A stretch of DNA of 64,000 nucleotides from Desulfosudaceae bacterium (GTDB lineage: Bacteria > Desulfobacterota > Desulfobacteria > Desulfobacterales > Desulfosudaceae), in the NCBI GenBank assembly GCA_963674745.2, contig CAXXDV010000003.1, positions 2,272,001-2,336,000 on the forward strand, in the 5' to 3' direction. The position numbers were made by a program, and so were the translations under genes. The notes under the pieces are model-generated. The model was not told the DNA's origin, ran no database searches, and was given only the letters and a program-made list of their open reading frames with translations. The stretch's first letter is position 1. Every line of letters begins with the position of its first letter. Below, one piece after another: positions 10,813-21,005 of the stretch.

Positions 10813-11850
10813 ATGGAAATAATCAAACCGGGAACGAATTATAATATTGTCGGCAAACAAAAAGCCGCATTCACCATGTCAGCTGTATTAATTATATTGA
10901 CGATTTTATCGCTGTTCTTCCATAAAGGACCGAAATTCGGCATTGATTTTTCAGGTGGCACCCTTATCCAGCTTCAATTTGATGCCCCCGTAGGCGTTGA
11001 CGCCATCAAATCCGGGTTTGACGATATCGGCATCGACGTTAGCATGGTACAAAAGTACGGAGAACACGAAGAGGGAAACTGCCAGTACCTTGTCAATACA
11101 GGCATGACAGGCATTACCGAGCAGGATTTTTCCAACCGGGTCCATCAGACATTAAAAGCCGCCACCGGCCATTCGGCTGAGATTTTAAGGGTGGAAATGG
11201 TCGGTCCCCAGGTGGGTAAGGAATTGCGGGGCAAAGCCCTGATGGCCATCTTTTTTGCGCTGCTCTTTATCAATATCTACATCTCCGGCCGTTTCGAACT
11301 CAAATGGCTGGAAAGCGCTATCGTCGCCGGGGGTCTGATCGGCGCCGTCAAGCTGTTTTCGATGTTTCACGTCAGCCTGCCGGTGCTTATTATTATCGCC
11401 CTGGGGGTTTCCCTGCTGCTTTTCTGGCTACTGAATTTAAAATACGCCATGGGCGCCATCGTGGCCCTCATTCACGACGTGACCATCACGGTGGGTATCT
11501 TTTCCATTATGGAAAAAGAATTTACGCTGCCCATTATCGCGGCCCTGTTGACAATTGTCGGTTATTCCCTGAACGATACGATTATTGTTTTTGACCGGAT
11601 TCGGGAAAACCTGAAAAAACATTCCAAAAAAACACAGGCGGAAAACATCAATGCCAGCATCAATGAAACCCTGAGCCGGACCCTGCTGACGTCACTAACG
11701 ACTTTGGTTGTGGTAGTGGCCTTGTTCCTCTTCGGCGGGAGCATTATCCATGATTTTGCCTTTGCCATGATCGTCGGGATCGTAACCGGAACCTACTCCT
11801 CTATTTTCGTCGCCAGTCCGATTCTGCTGTGGTGGCAGTATAAGAAATAG
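10813..11850 (+). CDS. secF: Protein translocase subunit SecF
   Basis: GIDFSGG, VGPQVG, GYSLNDTIIVFDRIRE. Confidence 0.97.
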   Translation: MEIIKPGTNYNIVGKQKAAFTMSAVLIILTILSLFFHKGPKFGIDFSGGTLIQLQFDAPVGVDAIKSGFDDIGIDVSMVQKYGEHEEGNCQYLVNTGMTGITEQDFSNRVHQTLKAATGHSAEILRVEMVGPQVGKELRGKALMAIFFALLFINIYISGRFELKWLESAIVAGGLIGAVKLFSMFHVSLPVLIIIALGVSLLLFWLLNLKYAMGAIVALIHDVTITVGIFSIMEKEFTLPIIAALLTIVGYSLNDTIIVFDRIRENLKKHSKKTQAENINASINETLSRTLLTSLTTLVVVVALFLFGGSIIHDFAFAMIVGIVTGTYSSIFVASPILLWWQYKK

Positions 11851-12021
11851 GGTTCGAGGATTCGAGGGGTCGAGGGAACGGCCCCGCAATATAATTTAAA
11901 AAGAAAAGTTATATAAACAATTTTGAGCTCAGGATGATGCTCTCTTCAACAAATAATTCGTTAAGCGCTCTTGCAAGATTTTGTTCTTTCAGTCCCTTGA
12001 CCCCTTGGGTCCTTGAACCCT
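11851..12021. repeat. Inverted 8-mer tandem arrays flanking an AT-rich core
   Basis: Left GGTTCGAG-GATTCGAG-GGGTCGAG; right CCCTTGAC-CCCTTGGG-TCCTTGAA-CCCT. Confidence 0.6.
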
Positions 12022-12084
12022 TGGCCCCTATTTCTTTCCCGGCAAGTCCGGGAAAAACCCAACAGCAACTTTATTCCTGCCGTT

Positions 12085-13212
12085 ATGGACGACCTTACTC
12101 CCTGGTTCAGCTTAAAAAGCATTCCAGGCGTCGGAAACTATACTTATAAACGGTTAATCACCGCCTTTGGGTCAGCCGCCCGGGTTTTTGCCGCCGCCCG
12201 GACGCAGCTCCTGGCCGTCGAAGGGGTAACCGAAGCAATAGCCGGACATATCACGGGCTATCAGGTCCCGGATACGGTTTATAAAAATATTGATCTCTGC
12301 CGCCAGAAGAATATCCGGGTCGTCACCCTGACCGATCCGGTTTATCCACGCCTGTTAAGCGAGTTACCCGACCCGCCGCCTTATTTATACGTGCTGGGGG
12401 CCCTGGAACCGGACGCCGCCTGCATATCCATCGTAGGGTCCAGAAACCCCACCGGCTACGGTCGATCCATGGCCCGTCGACTGGGCCGGGAACTGGCTGA
12501 ATATGGCCTGCTGATTGTCAGCGGCATGGCTAGAGGTATTGATACCGAGGCCCATCAGGGCGCACTGGAAGCCGGTGGAAAAACGGTTGCCGTTCTGGGC
12601 AGTGGCCTGGCCCGGATTTACCCCCGGGAAAACAAGGCCCTGGCTGAAAATATCGTCGATAACGGCGCGGTTGTTTCAGAATTTCCCATCTTTGCCGAGC
12701 CCCAGGCCCACCATTTTCCCATGCGCAACCGCATTATCAGCGGTATGGCGGTCGGTACCATTGTCGTCGAAGCCGCCAGGAAAAGCGGTTCCCTGATAAC
12801 CGCCCGCCTGGCGGCCGAACAGGGCCGGGAAGTGTTCGCCGTACCGGGCAGCATCCAGTCTTTCAAAAGCACTGGCACCCACGGTTTGCTAAAACAAGGC
12901 GCCCGGCTGATCGAAAACGCCGCAGATGTGCTGCCTGAAATCGCCCATATGGTTGATATACAAACTTTTTCCATGAAAAAAGAACAGGCTTCATGCGACC
13001 CGTCGATCATAAATTCCACCCGGGGGGTTGACACCGATGAGACTCTGGTGTTAAGAACCCTTGAATGTTACCCGATCCATATTGACGATATTGTCCGCAA
13101 AACAGGACTGGAACCGGGAAAAACAGCGGGAATCCTGATTCGCCTCGAACTTGCGGGACGGATCCGGCAGGAACCCGGCAACTATTTTTTATTAAAAGAG
13201 GACGATAAGTGA
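12085..13212 (+). CDS. dprA: DNA-processing protein DprA
   Basis: IVGSR, VSGMARGID, HFPMRNRIISG, SGSLITA; ATG at 12085 preferred over the longer ORF that starts inside a repeat. Confidence 0.95.
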   Translation: MDDLTPWFSLKSIPGVGNYTYKRLITAFGSAARVFAAARTQLLAVEGVTEAIAGHITGYQVPDTVYKNIDLCRQKNIRVVTLTDPVYPRLLSELPDPPPYLYVLGALEPDAACISIVGSRNPTGYGRSMARRLGRELAEYGLLIVSGMARGIDTEAHQGALEAGGKTVAVLGSGLARIYPRENKALAENIVDNGAVVSEFPIFAEPQAHHFPMRNRIISGMAVGTIVVEAARKSGSLITARLAAEQGREVFAVPGSIQSFKSTGTHGLLKQGARLIENAADVLPEIAHMVDIQTFSMKKEQASCDPSIINSTRGVDTDETLVLRTLECYPIHIDDIVRKTGLEPGKTAGILIRLELAGRIRQEPGNYFLLKEDDK

Positions 13213-15479
13213 GCAAACCGGTTATCATTGTCGAATCACCGACCAAGGTGAAGACCATCAAAAAACATACCGGTAATAAATATGCCGTCACCGCCACGTC
13301 GGGCCATTTAATGGACCTGCCGCCCAGTGAACTGGGCATTGATATTGAACACGATTTTAAGCCCAAGTATGTCAACATCAAAGGCAAACAGAAGGTCATC
13401 AAGGCCCTCAAAAGCGCGGTCGGAGACGCCACGGACGTATATCTCGCCCCCGACCCGGATCGCGAAGGAGAGGCCATTGCTTTTCATACGGCGGAAATTC
13501 TGAAAAAAAAGGATCGGCGGTTTTACCGGGTCTTGTTTCATGAGCTGACCAAAAACGGTATTCAAAAAGGCCTTGAGTCCCCCCATGAACTTAACAGCCA
13601 TAAATACGATTCTCAGCAGGCCCGCCGGATACTTGACCGGCTGGTGGGGTACCAGATATCACCCCTGTTGTGGAAAAAAGTCCGTAACGGACTCAGTGCC
13701 GGTCGCGTGCAATCGGTGGCGGTCAGGATTATTTGCGACCGGGAGCGGGAGATCTTTGCCTTTGAGCCGGAAGAGTACTGGTCGATAACCGCCGCTGTTG
13801 AAGGCGGCAATCCGCCTCAATTCTCCGCCAAACTGGCCCGGCACAAAGATAAAAAAATAGCCATTCACAATGAAACGGCGGCGAAAAAAGCAACAGAAGA
13901 AATTTCCCGGCAGGAGCTGATAGTTGAAAAGATCATCAAAAAAACGGTTAAACGCAACCCCCTGCCCCCTTTTATTACCAGCACGCTTCAACAGGAAGCC
14001 ATCAAGAAGCTCGGCTTTTCAGCCAAAAAGGCCATGGCCGTCGCCCAGCAACTTTACGAAGGTATTAACCTGGGTCCGGAACCGGTCGGCCTGATCACCT
14101 ATATGCGTACGGATTCCACCAGAATCGCGCCGGAAGCCGCGCACGAGGCAATGGCCCTGATCAAAGAAAAATTCGGCATCCAGTATGCAGTGGAGCGGCC
14201 ACGCTTTTTTGCCAATAAAAATAAAGCCCAGGACGCCCATGAAGCGATCAGACCGACCTCCGTGGCGCTGGAACCGGAAAAGATCAGTTCCCACCTGTCA
14301 GCGGAACAAATGAAGCTTTATGCACTGATCTGGAAACGATTTGTCGCCTCCCAGATGCACCACGCCCTGATCGATCAGAAATCCATCAGTATCAAAGCCG
14401 GGGATTACCTTTTCCGGGCCAGCGGTTCCACCGTCAACTTTCCGGGATTCATGGTGCTTTACCAGGTCACGGAAGAAAAGAACAACTCCCCGGGTGCCAA
14501 AGATGAGCTTCCTGAATTATCTGAAAACGAGCCGTTGAAACTGATCAAGCTCGATCCCAAACAACATTTTACGGCACCCCCGCCACGCTTTTCAGAAGCG
14601 TCCCTGGTCAAGGAACTGGAAGAAAACGGCATCGGGCGGCCCAGCACATACGCCACCATCCTGTCGACCATCCGTGATAAAGGGTATGTGGACCTGGTCA
14701 ACAAATACTTTCGGCCGACAGAGCTGGGATTGATTGTCAATGATCTGCTGACCGACAATTTTCCCGATATCCTGGATATTGAATTCACAGCCAGACTCGA
14801 AGACGATCTGGACCGGATTGAATCCGCCCAGAAACAGTCTTCCGTCCTTCTAAAAGAGTTTTATGAACCATTTGCCCAAAAACTCGAAACCGCCCAGGAC
14901 GAAATGCTTAGCATCAAAGGCGTAGGCGCGACCACCAATTTATCCTGCCCGGAATGCGGCAAGGAACTGCGCATCAAAATCGGTAAGAACGGCCCGTTTC
15001 TGGCCTGCACGGGCTACCCGGAGTGCACTTTTTCCAGCAACTACATCCGTTCTGAAAAAGGCGTCGTTGAGCCGTCGATCCCTGATCAATCCATGGCCGA
15101 GGGCCTGATGTGTGACAAATGCGGTCACCCCATGATTGTCAAGCAGGGCAAATACGGCGATTTTCTGGCCTGCTCGGCCTACCCGGAATGCAAGAACGCC
15201 CAATCGCTTAATTCCGGTCATAACGCCGTCCCTGTCGGCGTTAAATGCCCGGAAAAAGGCTGTGATGGAGAGGTCGTCGAAAAGAAATCAAAACGTGGAA
15301 AGATCTTTTACGGGTGCAGTCGTTTTCCGAATTGCCAGTTCGCCACCTGGGATAAGCCGATCAACAAGACCTGCCCGCAATGCAACGCGCCCGTCATGGT
15401 TGAAAAAACAACTAAAAAAGAGGGCACCATCCTTCAATGCCTGGACAAAAGTTGCGGGTACCGGCAAAAAAACGGATAA
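13209..15479 (+). CDS. topA: DNA topoisomerase I
   Basis: IVESPTK, DPDREGE, SAGRVQS, LITYMRTDS, C-terminal Zn ribbons. Confidence 0.97.
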   Translation: MSKPVIIVESPTKVKTIKKHTGNKYAVTATSGHLMDLPPSELGIDIEHDFKPKYVNIKGKQKVIKALKSAVGDATDVYLAPDPDREGEAIAFHTAEILKKKDRRFYRVLFHELTKNGIQKGLESPHELNSHKYDSQQARRILDRLVGYQISPLLWKKVRNGLSAGRVQSVAVRIICDREREIFAFEPEEYWSITAAVEGGNPPQFSAKLARHKDKKIAIHNETAAKKATEEISRQELIVEKIIKKTVKRNPLPPFITSTLQQEAIKKLGFSAKKAMAVAQQLYEGINLGPEPVGLITYMRTDSTRIAPEAAHEAMALIKEKFGIQYAVERPRFFANKNKAQDAHEAIRPTSVALEPEKISSHLSAEQMKLYALIWKRFVASQMHHALIDQKSISIKAGDYLFRASGSTVNFPGFMVLYQVTEEKNNSPGAKDELPELSENEPLKLIKLDPKQHFTAPPPRFSEASLVKELEENGIGRPSTYATILSTIRDKGYVDLVNKYFRPTELGLIVNDLLTDNFPDILDIEFTARLEDDLDRIESAQKQSSVLLKEFYEPFAQKLETAQDEMLSIKGVGATTNLSCPECGKELRIKIGKNGPFLACTGYPECTFSSNYIRSEKGVVEPSIPDQSMAEGLMCDKCGHPMIVKQGKYGDFLACSAYPECKNAQSLNSGHNAVPVGVKCPEKGCDGEVVEKKSKRGKIFYGCSRFPNCQFATWDKPINKTCPQCNAPVMVEKTTKKEGTILQCLDKSCGYRQKNG

Positions 15480-15490
15480 CAGGTTAATTA

Positions 15491-15937
15491 ATGGAATTAA
15501 TCGATTACACGGGCCGACGCTTTGTCAAACATCTTGAATCCACGGACAAATATGCGGCCATTGAGGAACTGGCCGGTCTTTTTCGTAACAGCGGTATCTG
15601 CCCGGACATCGACAGCCTCATCGCCGCGCTCAAGGAGCGTGAGCAGATCATGTCAACAGGCATCGGTTTTGGAATCGCGGTTCCTCACGCCAGAATTAAA
15701 GAGGTCAAACGGATCGCCTTTGCCATCGGCATATCCAGGAACGGCATTGATTTTGATGCCATGGACAGGGAGCCGGCCAACCTGATCATACTGGTCGCCG
15801 CCGGTGATTTGCAGCATATGGAATATTTAAGATTGTTGTCCCGCATTATGAATCTTTTAAAACAAGAGCATGCACAGGAACGAATCATCTCCGCCACTGA
15901 CCTTGATCAGGTCATCGATATTATAAAAAACGCATAA
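15491..15937 (+). CDS. PTS EIIA (fructose/Ntr-type) domain protein
   Basis: RE..MSTGIGFGIAVPHA with phospho-His. Confidence 0.88.
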   Translation: MELIDYTGRRFVKHLESTDKYAAIEELAGLFRNSGICPDIDSLIAALKEREQIMSTGIGFGIAVPHARIKEVKRIAFAIGISRNGIDFDAMDREPANLIILVAAGDLQHMEYLRLLSRIMNLLKQEHAQERIISATDLDQVIDIIKNA

Positions 15938-15958
15938 TTTTTTTAACAGTACAACCCC

Positions 15959-17776
15959 ATGACACAACCCCTGCCGCAGAAACACCGCTTTTTTTCTCTG
16001 CCTTTTATAAAGGACTCCATTGCCGGTATTTACCGGGGTTCAGACATATCCCGGTATGTGGGACAAATCTTTTTCGCGATTTTGATCGGTGCCCTGGCTG
16101 GTCTGGGTGCCATGCTTTTCCATCACGCGGTTGAGGCCATGCGGGTTCTGTTTACCCGTCCCGGCCTGCCGCACCTGACATTTTACGACATCAGCCTGAT
16201 GGTTGTTATTCCCGTTATCGGCGGCGTGCTGGTCGCATCAGCCACCTGGGCTTTTCCAAAAATAGCCCGGGAAAAAGGCGTCGACAGTGTCATCAAGGCG
16301 CTGATTATTAAAAACGGATATATACCGTTAAAGACGACTGTTTTTCATATGATCGTTTCGATCCTGTCCATCGGCACGGGCGCTCCGCTGGGGCCTGAAG
16401 GCCCGGTGGCAAAAATCGGCAGCGGTATCGGCTCGTTTATGTCCCAACGGTTTCACTTAAACCGGAAAAGCATGAAACTGTTCACGGCAGCCGGTGCCGG
16501 CGCCGCCATATCCGCGGTCTTTAACGCGCCCATAGCCGGTGTTTTTTTCGGGATTGAAGTCGTTCTCCTCAATGACCTGAAGAATGAAGCCTTGAGTTTC
16601 CTGATCATCTCTTCGGTTGTGGCGGATATCCTGTCACGGGCGTTACTGGGGAATGAAACGATTTTCACCATTCCGGACTACCCGCTTATTCTGTTTTCAG
16701 AATATCCCTGGTTTCTTGTATTCGCCCTGTTCTGCGGTCTGCTGTCCCTGCTGTATTTCGGGGCCGGGAATTTTTTCAAACACCTGTTTGATCATATCCT
16801 GGGGCTCAAAAATCCCTATTTGAGACTTTTGCCGGTTTCCCTCCTGTTTGGGGTTGTTCTGCTGAAATACGAGGCCCTGTTCGGCATGGGATACAATACC
16901 ATGAACCAGGTTTTAAACAGTGAATTCGCGCTATCGGCCGTCATCAGCCTGCTGGTATTTAGAATACTGTTCCTGGCGCTGTTTTTAACCGCCGGCGCCT
17001 ACGGGGGAACATACGCCCCCTCCCTGGCGATTGGCGCCATGTTCGGTTTTGTCTTCGCCACCGTGGTCAACCTTCTCTTCGGCCTGACCTTGAATCCGAC
17101 TGCTTTCGCCCTGGTGGGGATGGGGGGTATGCTGGCCGGTATTAACTCCACGCCCCTGACAGCCATGATGCTGGTATTTGAACTGACCCGGGACTACCGC
17201 ATTATCCTGCCGCTGATGCTGGCCTCCATCCTGTCCTACATCGTTGTCCTCTACGTAAACAAACGAACCGTATACGCCCAGGCACTGCTCAAGGAGGGCA
17301 TTGATGTCAGCGCCATGGGTGAAGTGGACATCCTCGGCCGGGTCAAGGTCAAACAACTGATGGTGACCAACGTCGAGACCGTCATTTACCGTATGCCTTT
17401 TCAGGAACTGCTCAGAAAGCTGCTGCATTCAGCTTACGGAGAGGTCTGCGTCGTCAATGACGAAGACGGGCTGATGGGTGTTATTTCCCTCAAAAGCGTC
17501 CGGCAGGCCTTAATTACCCATGAGCTTGTGGATCTGCTCATCGCCGGTGACCTGGTCATCCCCATTCCGGCCGTTACTGAGGAAGACCCGGTCTCCAGCG
17601 CCCTTGAGAACATTAAAAAATTTGATATTGAAAACATACCGGTCATTTCGTCCGGCCGTGAGCCGTTAAAAATTACGGGTATATTGAGACATCAGGATAT
17701 CCTTCAGGCATACAACGCGCTTCGGGAAGGATGGGCGACCAATCGGTTTCTGACCAACTACAACAATCCGGATTAA
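15959..17776 (+). CDS. CLC-family chloride channel/antiporter with CBS pair
   Basis: GPEGP, AVFNAPIAG..F..E, GGTYAPSL, many TM helices, C-terminal CBS domains. Confidence 0.9.
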   Translation: MTQPLPQKHRFFSLPFIKDSIAGIYRGSDISRYVGQIFFAILIGALAGLGAMLFHHAVEAMRVLFTRPGLPHLTFYDISLMVVIPVIGGVLVASATWAFPKIAREKGVDSVIKALIIKNGYIPLKTTVFHMIVSILSIGTGAPLGPEGPVAKIGSGIGSFMSQRFHLNRKSMKLFTAAGAGAAISAVFNAPIAGVFFGIEVVLLNDLKNEALSFLIISSVVADILSRALLGNETIFTIPDYPLILFSEYPWFLVFALFCGLLSLLYFGAGNFFKHLFDHILGLKNPYLRLLPVSLLFGVVLLKYEALFGMGYNTMNQVLNSEFALSAVISLLVFRILFLALFLTAGAYGGTYAPSLAIGAMFGFVFATVVNLLFGLTLNPTAFALVGMGGMLAGINSTPLTAMMLVFELTRDYRIILPLMLASILSYIVVLYVNKRTVYAQALLKEGIDVSAMGEVDILGRVKVKQLMVTNVETVIYRMPFQELLRKLLHSAYGEVCVVNDEDGLMGVISLKSVRQALITHELVDLLIAGDLVIPIPAVTEEDPVSSALENIKKFDIENIPVISSGREPLKITGILRHQDILQAYNALREGWATNRFLTNYNNPD

Positions 17777-17871
17777 ATCCGTTAAATGCATTACTTACGG
17801 TTGCATTGTTAAATTAATCATGGCATAATCCTTTTTTTCTGGGATACGGGTTAACATCTAAGATAAAAGAC

Positions 17872-19197
17872 ATGAACGACGATACGACTTATAAAGAACG
17901 CCGCCGTGAACCCCGGGTAAGTATTGATAACGGCACAGCCGCCGTACTGACCCATAATCAGGTCAGGATCGGAAAAATTATAGATATCGGCATGGGCGGT
18001 ATCGGGTTCAGTTATATCGGTGATAACGATGGCGATTTGACGGGAAAATCCTCCCGTATCGACATGCTGATCCACAACTACAATTTCTACTTTGAAAAAA
18101 TCCCCTGCAGCATTATTACCGATTTTGTTGTCCAGAACAATTTTTCACTGGATGCCAAACCCCTTAAACGATGTGACATCAAGTTTCTGGAGCTCAACCG
18201 GTCGCAAAAAGCCCAGCTGGAATACCTGATTTCCAGCCAGGAGAAACAGCCCCCGGCCAAACACAGCTATCTGGAAAAACAGCTGATCCACAGCGAGGAA
18301 AAATACCGTACCATACTGGAAAGTATCGAAGAAGGGTATTTTGAGGTGGATATCGCCGGGAATGTGACTTTTTTTAACAGTTCCATGCTGAAAATGATCG
18401 GATACACCGAAGAAGAACTGCTGGGACTGAACTACCGCAAATTCATGGACCAGTGGACAAGCCAGAAAGTCTTCCGGGAATATAACAAGGCCTATCGAAC
18501 CGGCGCCCTGCCGACGCCTTTTGACTGGGAACTGGTCAAGAAAAACGGCGAAAAGATTCACGTGGAGACATCGCTTTCCTTTATTAAAAACTCGCGGGAT
18601 GAAGTAATCGGTTTTCGGGGTGTGGCCCGTGACATCAGCGTCCGCAAGAAATTCGAAGAAGAATTATTGTATATGGCCTCACATGATCACCTGACAGGTC
18701 TGTACAATCGCGGGGCACTGTTTGAACGTCTCCGCGAAACACTGGCCTATTCCAGGCGGTTTGATAAAAAATGCGCCCTTCTTTTTCTGGATCTGGACAA
18801 TTTTAAAAACGTCAATGACGCTTTCGGGCATGAAACCGGTGACATGGTTCTCCAGGAAACGGCCAGGCGCCTGGCGTCGATGTTAAGAGAAACAGATTAT
18901 CTGTGCCGCCATGGAGGTGATGAATTTACCATTTTGCTGAACAATCCGGACAACATGAATCCGGAAGAAGTCGCCCGTAAAATCATTGAAAAAATTTCCG
19001 TTCCTTTTCAGATCAAATCGGACAGCATCGATTTTGTTACCACCAGTATCGGTATCAGCATCTATCCGGATGACGGGACGACCATCGACGACCTGGTCAA
19101 GCATGCCGACCAGGCCATGTATAAAGCCAAAGAGCAGCGCAACACCTATATCTGTTATGACAAAGGCGGTTTCTCGCCGACAATGACCCGTTCCTGA
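17872..19197 (+). CDS. PilZ-PAS-GGDEF diguanylate cyclase
   Basis: RRREPR / DIGMGG PilZ-like motifs, PAS, DHLTGLYNR, RETD I-site, GGDEF. Confidence 0.88.
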   Translation: MNDDTTYKERRREPRVSIDNGTAAVLTHNQVRIGKIIDIGMGGIGFSYIGDNDGDLTGKSSRIDMLIHNYNFYFEKIPCSIITDFVVQNNFSLDAKPLKRCDIKFLELNRSQKAQLEYLISSQEKQPPAKHSYLEKQLIHSEEKYRTILESIEEGYFEVDIAGNVTFFNSSMLKMIGYTEEELLGLNYRKFMDQWTSQKVFREYNKAYRTGALPTPFDWELVKKNGEKIHVETSLSFIKNSRDEVIGFRGVARDISVRKKFEEELLYMASHDHLTGLYNRGALFERLRETLAYSRRFDKKCALLFLDLDNFKNVNDAFGHETGDMVLQETARRLASMLRETDYLCRHGGDEFTILLNNPDNMNPEEVARKIIEKISVPFQIKSDSIDFVTTSIGISIYPDDGTTIDDLVKHADQAMYKAKEQRNTYICYDKGGFSPTMTRS

Positions 19198-19258
19198 TCG
19201 CTTTTCCAGAAAGCTTCATTATCCGCAACACAACTGTTTAAAATAATCGGACCGGCCG

Positions 19259-19422
19259 GTTGTGTGGTGAAGTGGTTATGTGATTATGTGTTTAAGTGGT
19301 TAGGTGATCGGGGTTTGAGAAGGGGCGGGTGCCCGCTTTGCGGGGGCAGGGCCCCCAATAAACGCCAGCTTGTTTTTTTAGAATAAACGCTGAACATTGA
19401 ACGGCCAACATCGAACATCCAA
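19259..19422. repeat. Degenerate 8-mer (GTGRTTAW) and 7-mer (AACATCG-like) tandem repeats
   Basis: gtggttat-gtgattat-gtgtttaa-gtggttag; aacgctg-aacattg-aacggcc-aacatcg-aacatcc; inverse of the 8-mer array at ~25001-25035. Confidence 0.6.
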
Positions 19423-19425
19423 TTC

Positions 19426-19543
19426 GGGCAGGCACGGGGGCCTGCCCCTACATTTATTCATGAACGATCGCCACGGTCCGTAGGGGCAACCCCCTGTGGT
19501 TGCCCTATCCGTTTTTCGGGCAGGCACGGGGGCCTGCCCCTAC
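19426..19543. repeat. GTAG-family REP cluster
   Basis: Same two palindromes as 324-381. Confidence 0.85.
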
Positions 19544-19581
19544 CGCCTTTTTTATCGTATGTTAGTCTGGTTTGAAAAATT

Positions 19582-20613
19582 TTATGAAATATCCGGACCA
19601 GTGTCATTTGGTGTGATCAGCAACAGGTTGTTCTCCAGCCGTGTTTTGACCAACTGCTTGTATTCCAGCATCTGGACGTGGGTGTAGACCTCTGATACGG
19701 CCAGAAAAATTTCAAGGGGCAGCCGGGCCGTATTGAGGTTGGTAAAAAGTTTGCGGGCGATTTTGTAAACCACGGATTCGCCTCCGGAAATGATGCCCAT
19801 GATCAGGTCTTCCCGCTGCCTGAAGTTCTCCTTGTACATAGCGGTCACTTCGGCCAGATTTTCAATGGGCCTGCCATGGGCCGGGAAGACCAGCCGCGGC
19901 GCCAGCCGGTTGATCTTATCAACTGATTCATAGAATTCTTTCTGGCTCATACGGCTGGGCAACGTTTTACCTTCTTCCAGCATGACAAAGGCGTTGGGGG
20001 TAATGTGCGGCAGGATATGATCCCCGGAAAAAAGTACATTTTCCTGCTCGGCATGCAGACAGATGGAATCGACTGTATGACCGGGGGTTTCAATGACACG
20101 ACAGGCATAATCACCCAGGGGAATTACCTGTCCCTCGGTAATATGGGTGGTCACCCGGCACTTTTCACCCAGTAAGGCGAAGGCCGAGGAGAGCACACGC
20201 ATGGAATTACGAACCAGCGTGGGAACCCCCATCAGGGTTAAAAAATGGCCCATTGTCTCCCTGGAAACGCCCAGTCCGGTGGCGATACTGGTTGTCCTGA
20301 CAAAATTACCGGCCACGTCAACAGGGGATTCGGCAGCACGCAGAATTTTCTTAACCGCCCCGTAATGATCAATATGGCTGTGGGTCAAAACAATACGATC
20401 AACGTCACTGAAAGACAAGCCGTGTTCGGCCAGGGCTTTGCCGAGAATACTGAACCCCTTTGATGTGCCGCTGTCCAGAAGAGTGACATTATCCCTGCCG
20501 ATAAAAAGGTATACATTGACCGGCCCTGGTTTTTCTCCCGGCAGGGGCAGCGTCACCCGAAAAACGCCGGGCATGACTTGTGCGCTCAATTTTAAATTAT
20601 GTGGTTGAAGCAT
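19582..20613 (-). CDS. Metallo-beta-lactamase-fold hydrolase
   Basis: THSHIDH, TPGHT, FSGDH, PAHG. Confidence 0.9.
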   Translation of the reverse strand: MLQPHNLKLSAQVMPGVFRVTLPLPGEKPGPVNVYLFIGRDNVTLLDSGTSKGFSILGKALAEHGLSFSDVDRIVLTHSHIDHYGAVKKILRAAESPVDVAGNFVRTTSIATGLGVSRETMGHFLTLMGVPTLVRNSMRVLSSAFALLGEKCRVTTHITEGQVIPLGDYACRVIETPGHTVDSICLHAEQENVLFSGDHILPHITPNAFVMLEEGKTLPSRMSQKEFYESVDKINRLAPRLVFPAHGRPIENLAEVTAMYKENFRQREDLIMGIISGGESVVYKIARKLFTNLNTARLPLEIFLAVSEVYTHVQMLEYKQLVKTRLENNLLLITPNDTGPDIS

Positions 20614-20669
20614 GAAGAGATTTCCCGTGCGGCATTTGATACACCCGTAAAAGTCATAATTCGGACTTT

Positions 20670-21005
20670 TTACGAAGCCATCAGCATTTTTCGGATAACA
20701 CTTTTATCCCCCTTGTCGATATCATCCAAGGCCAGTTTTATCGCGGCTTCAACCAGGGTAGATTTATTGTCAATACGAACGTCCCCCTCAAGTTTAAGCG
20801 CGTAAAAGGTCCTGTCAAACCGTTCCAGAAGTTCTGCAGGCAAATAAAAACCGGCTTTTTTTTTGGCTGCCGAAACAGAAGTCTTCTTCTTTTCTTCTAC
20901 AGAAGAAGTCTTCTGTTCATGTTGATGACCGGTCGCCAGGCTTACTGGATCAAACGGCCCGGGGTCGAAAAACTCAGGCGTCTTTTTCTTTTTGTGTGCC
21001 ATCAT
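20670..21005 (-). CDS. Small ParA partner, probable ribbon-helix-helix DNA-binding protein
   Basis: Overlaps parA 3' end; KKAGFYLPAELLERF...KSTLVEAAIKLAL has an RHH-like pattern. Confidence 0.55.
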   Translation of the reverse strand: MMAHKKKKTPEFFDPGPFDPVSLATGHQHEQKTSSVEEKKKTSVSAAKKKAGFYLPAELLERFDRTFYALKLEGDVRIDNKSTLVEAAIKLALDDIDKGDKSVIRKMLMAS

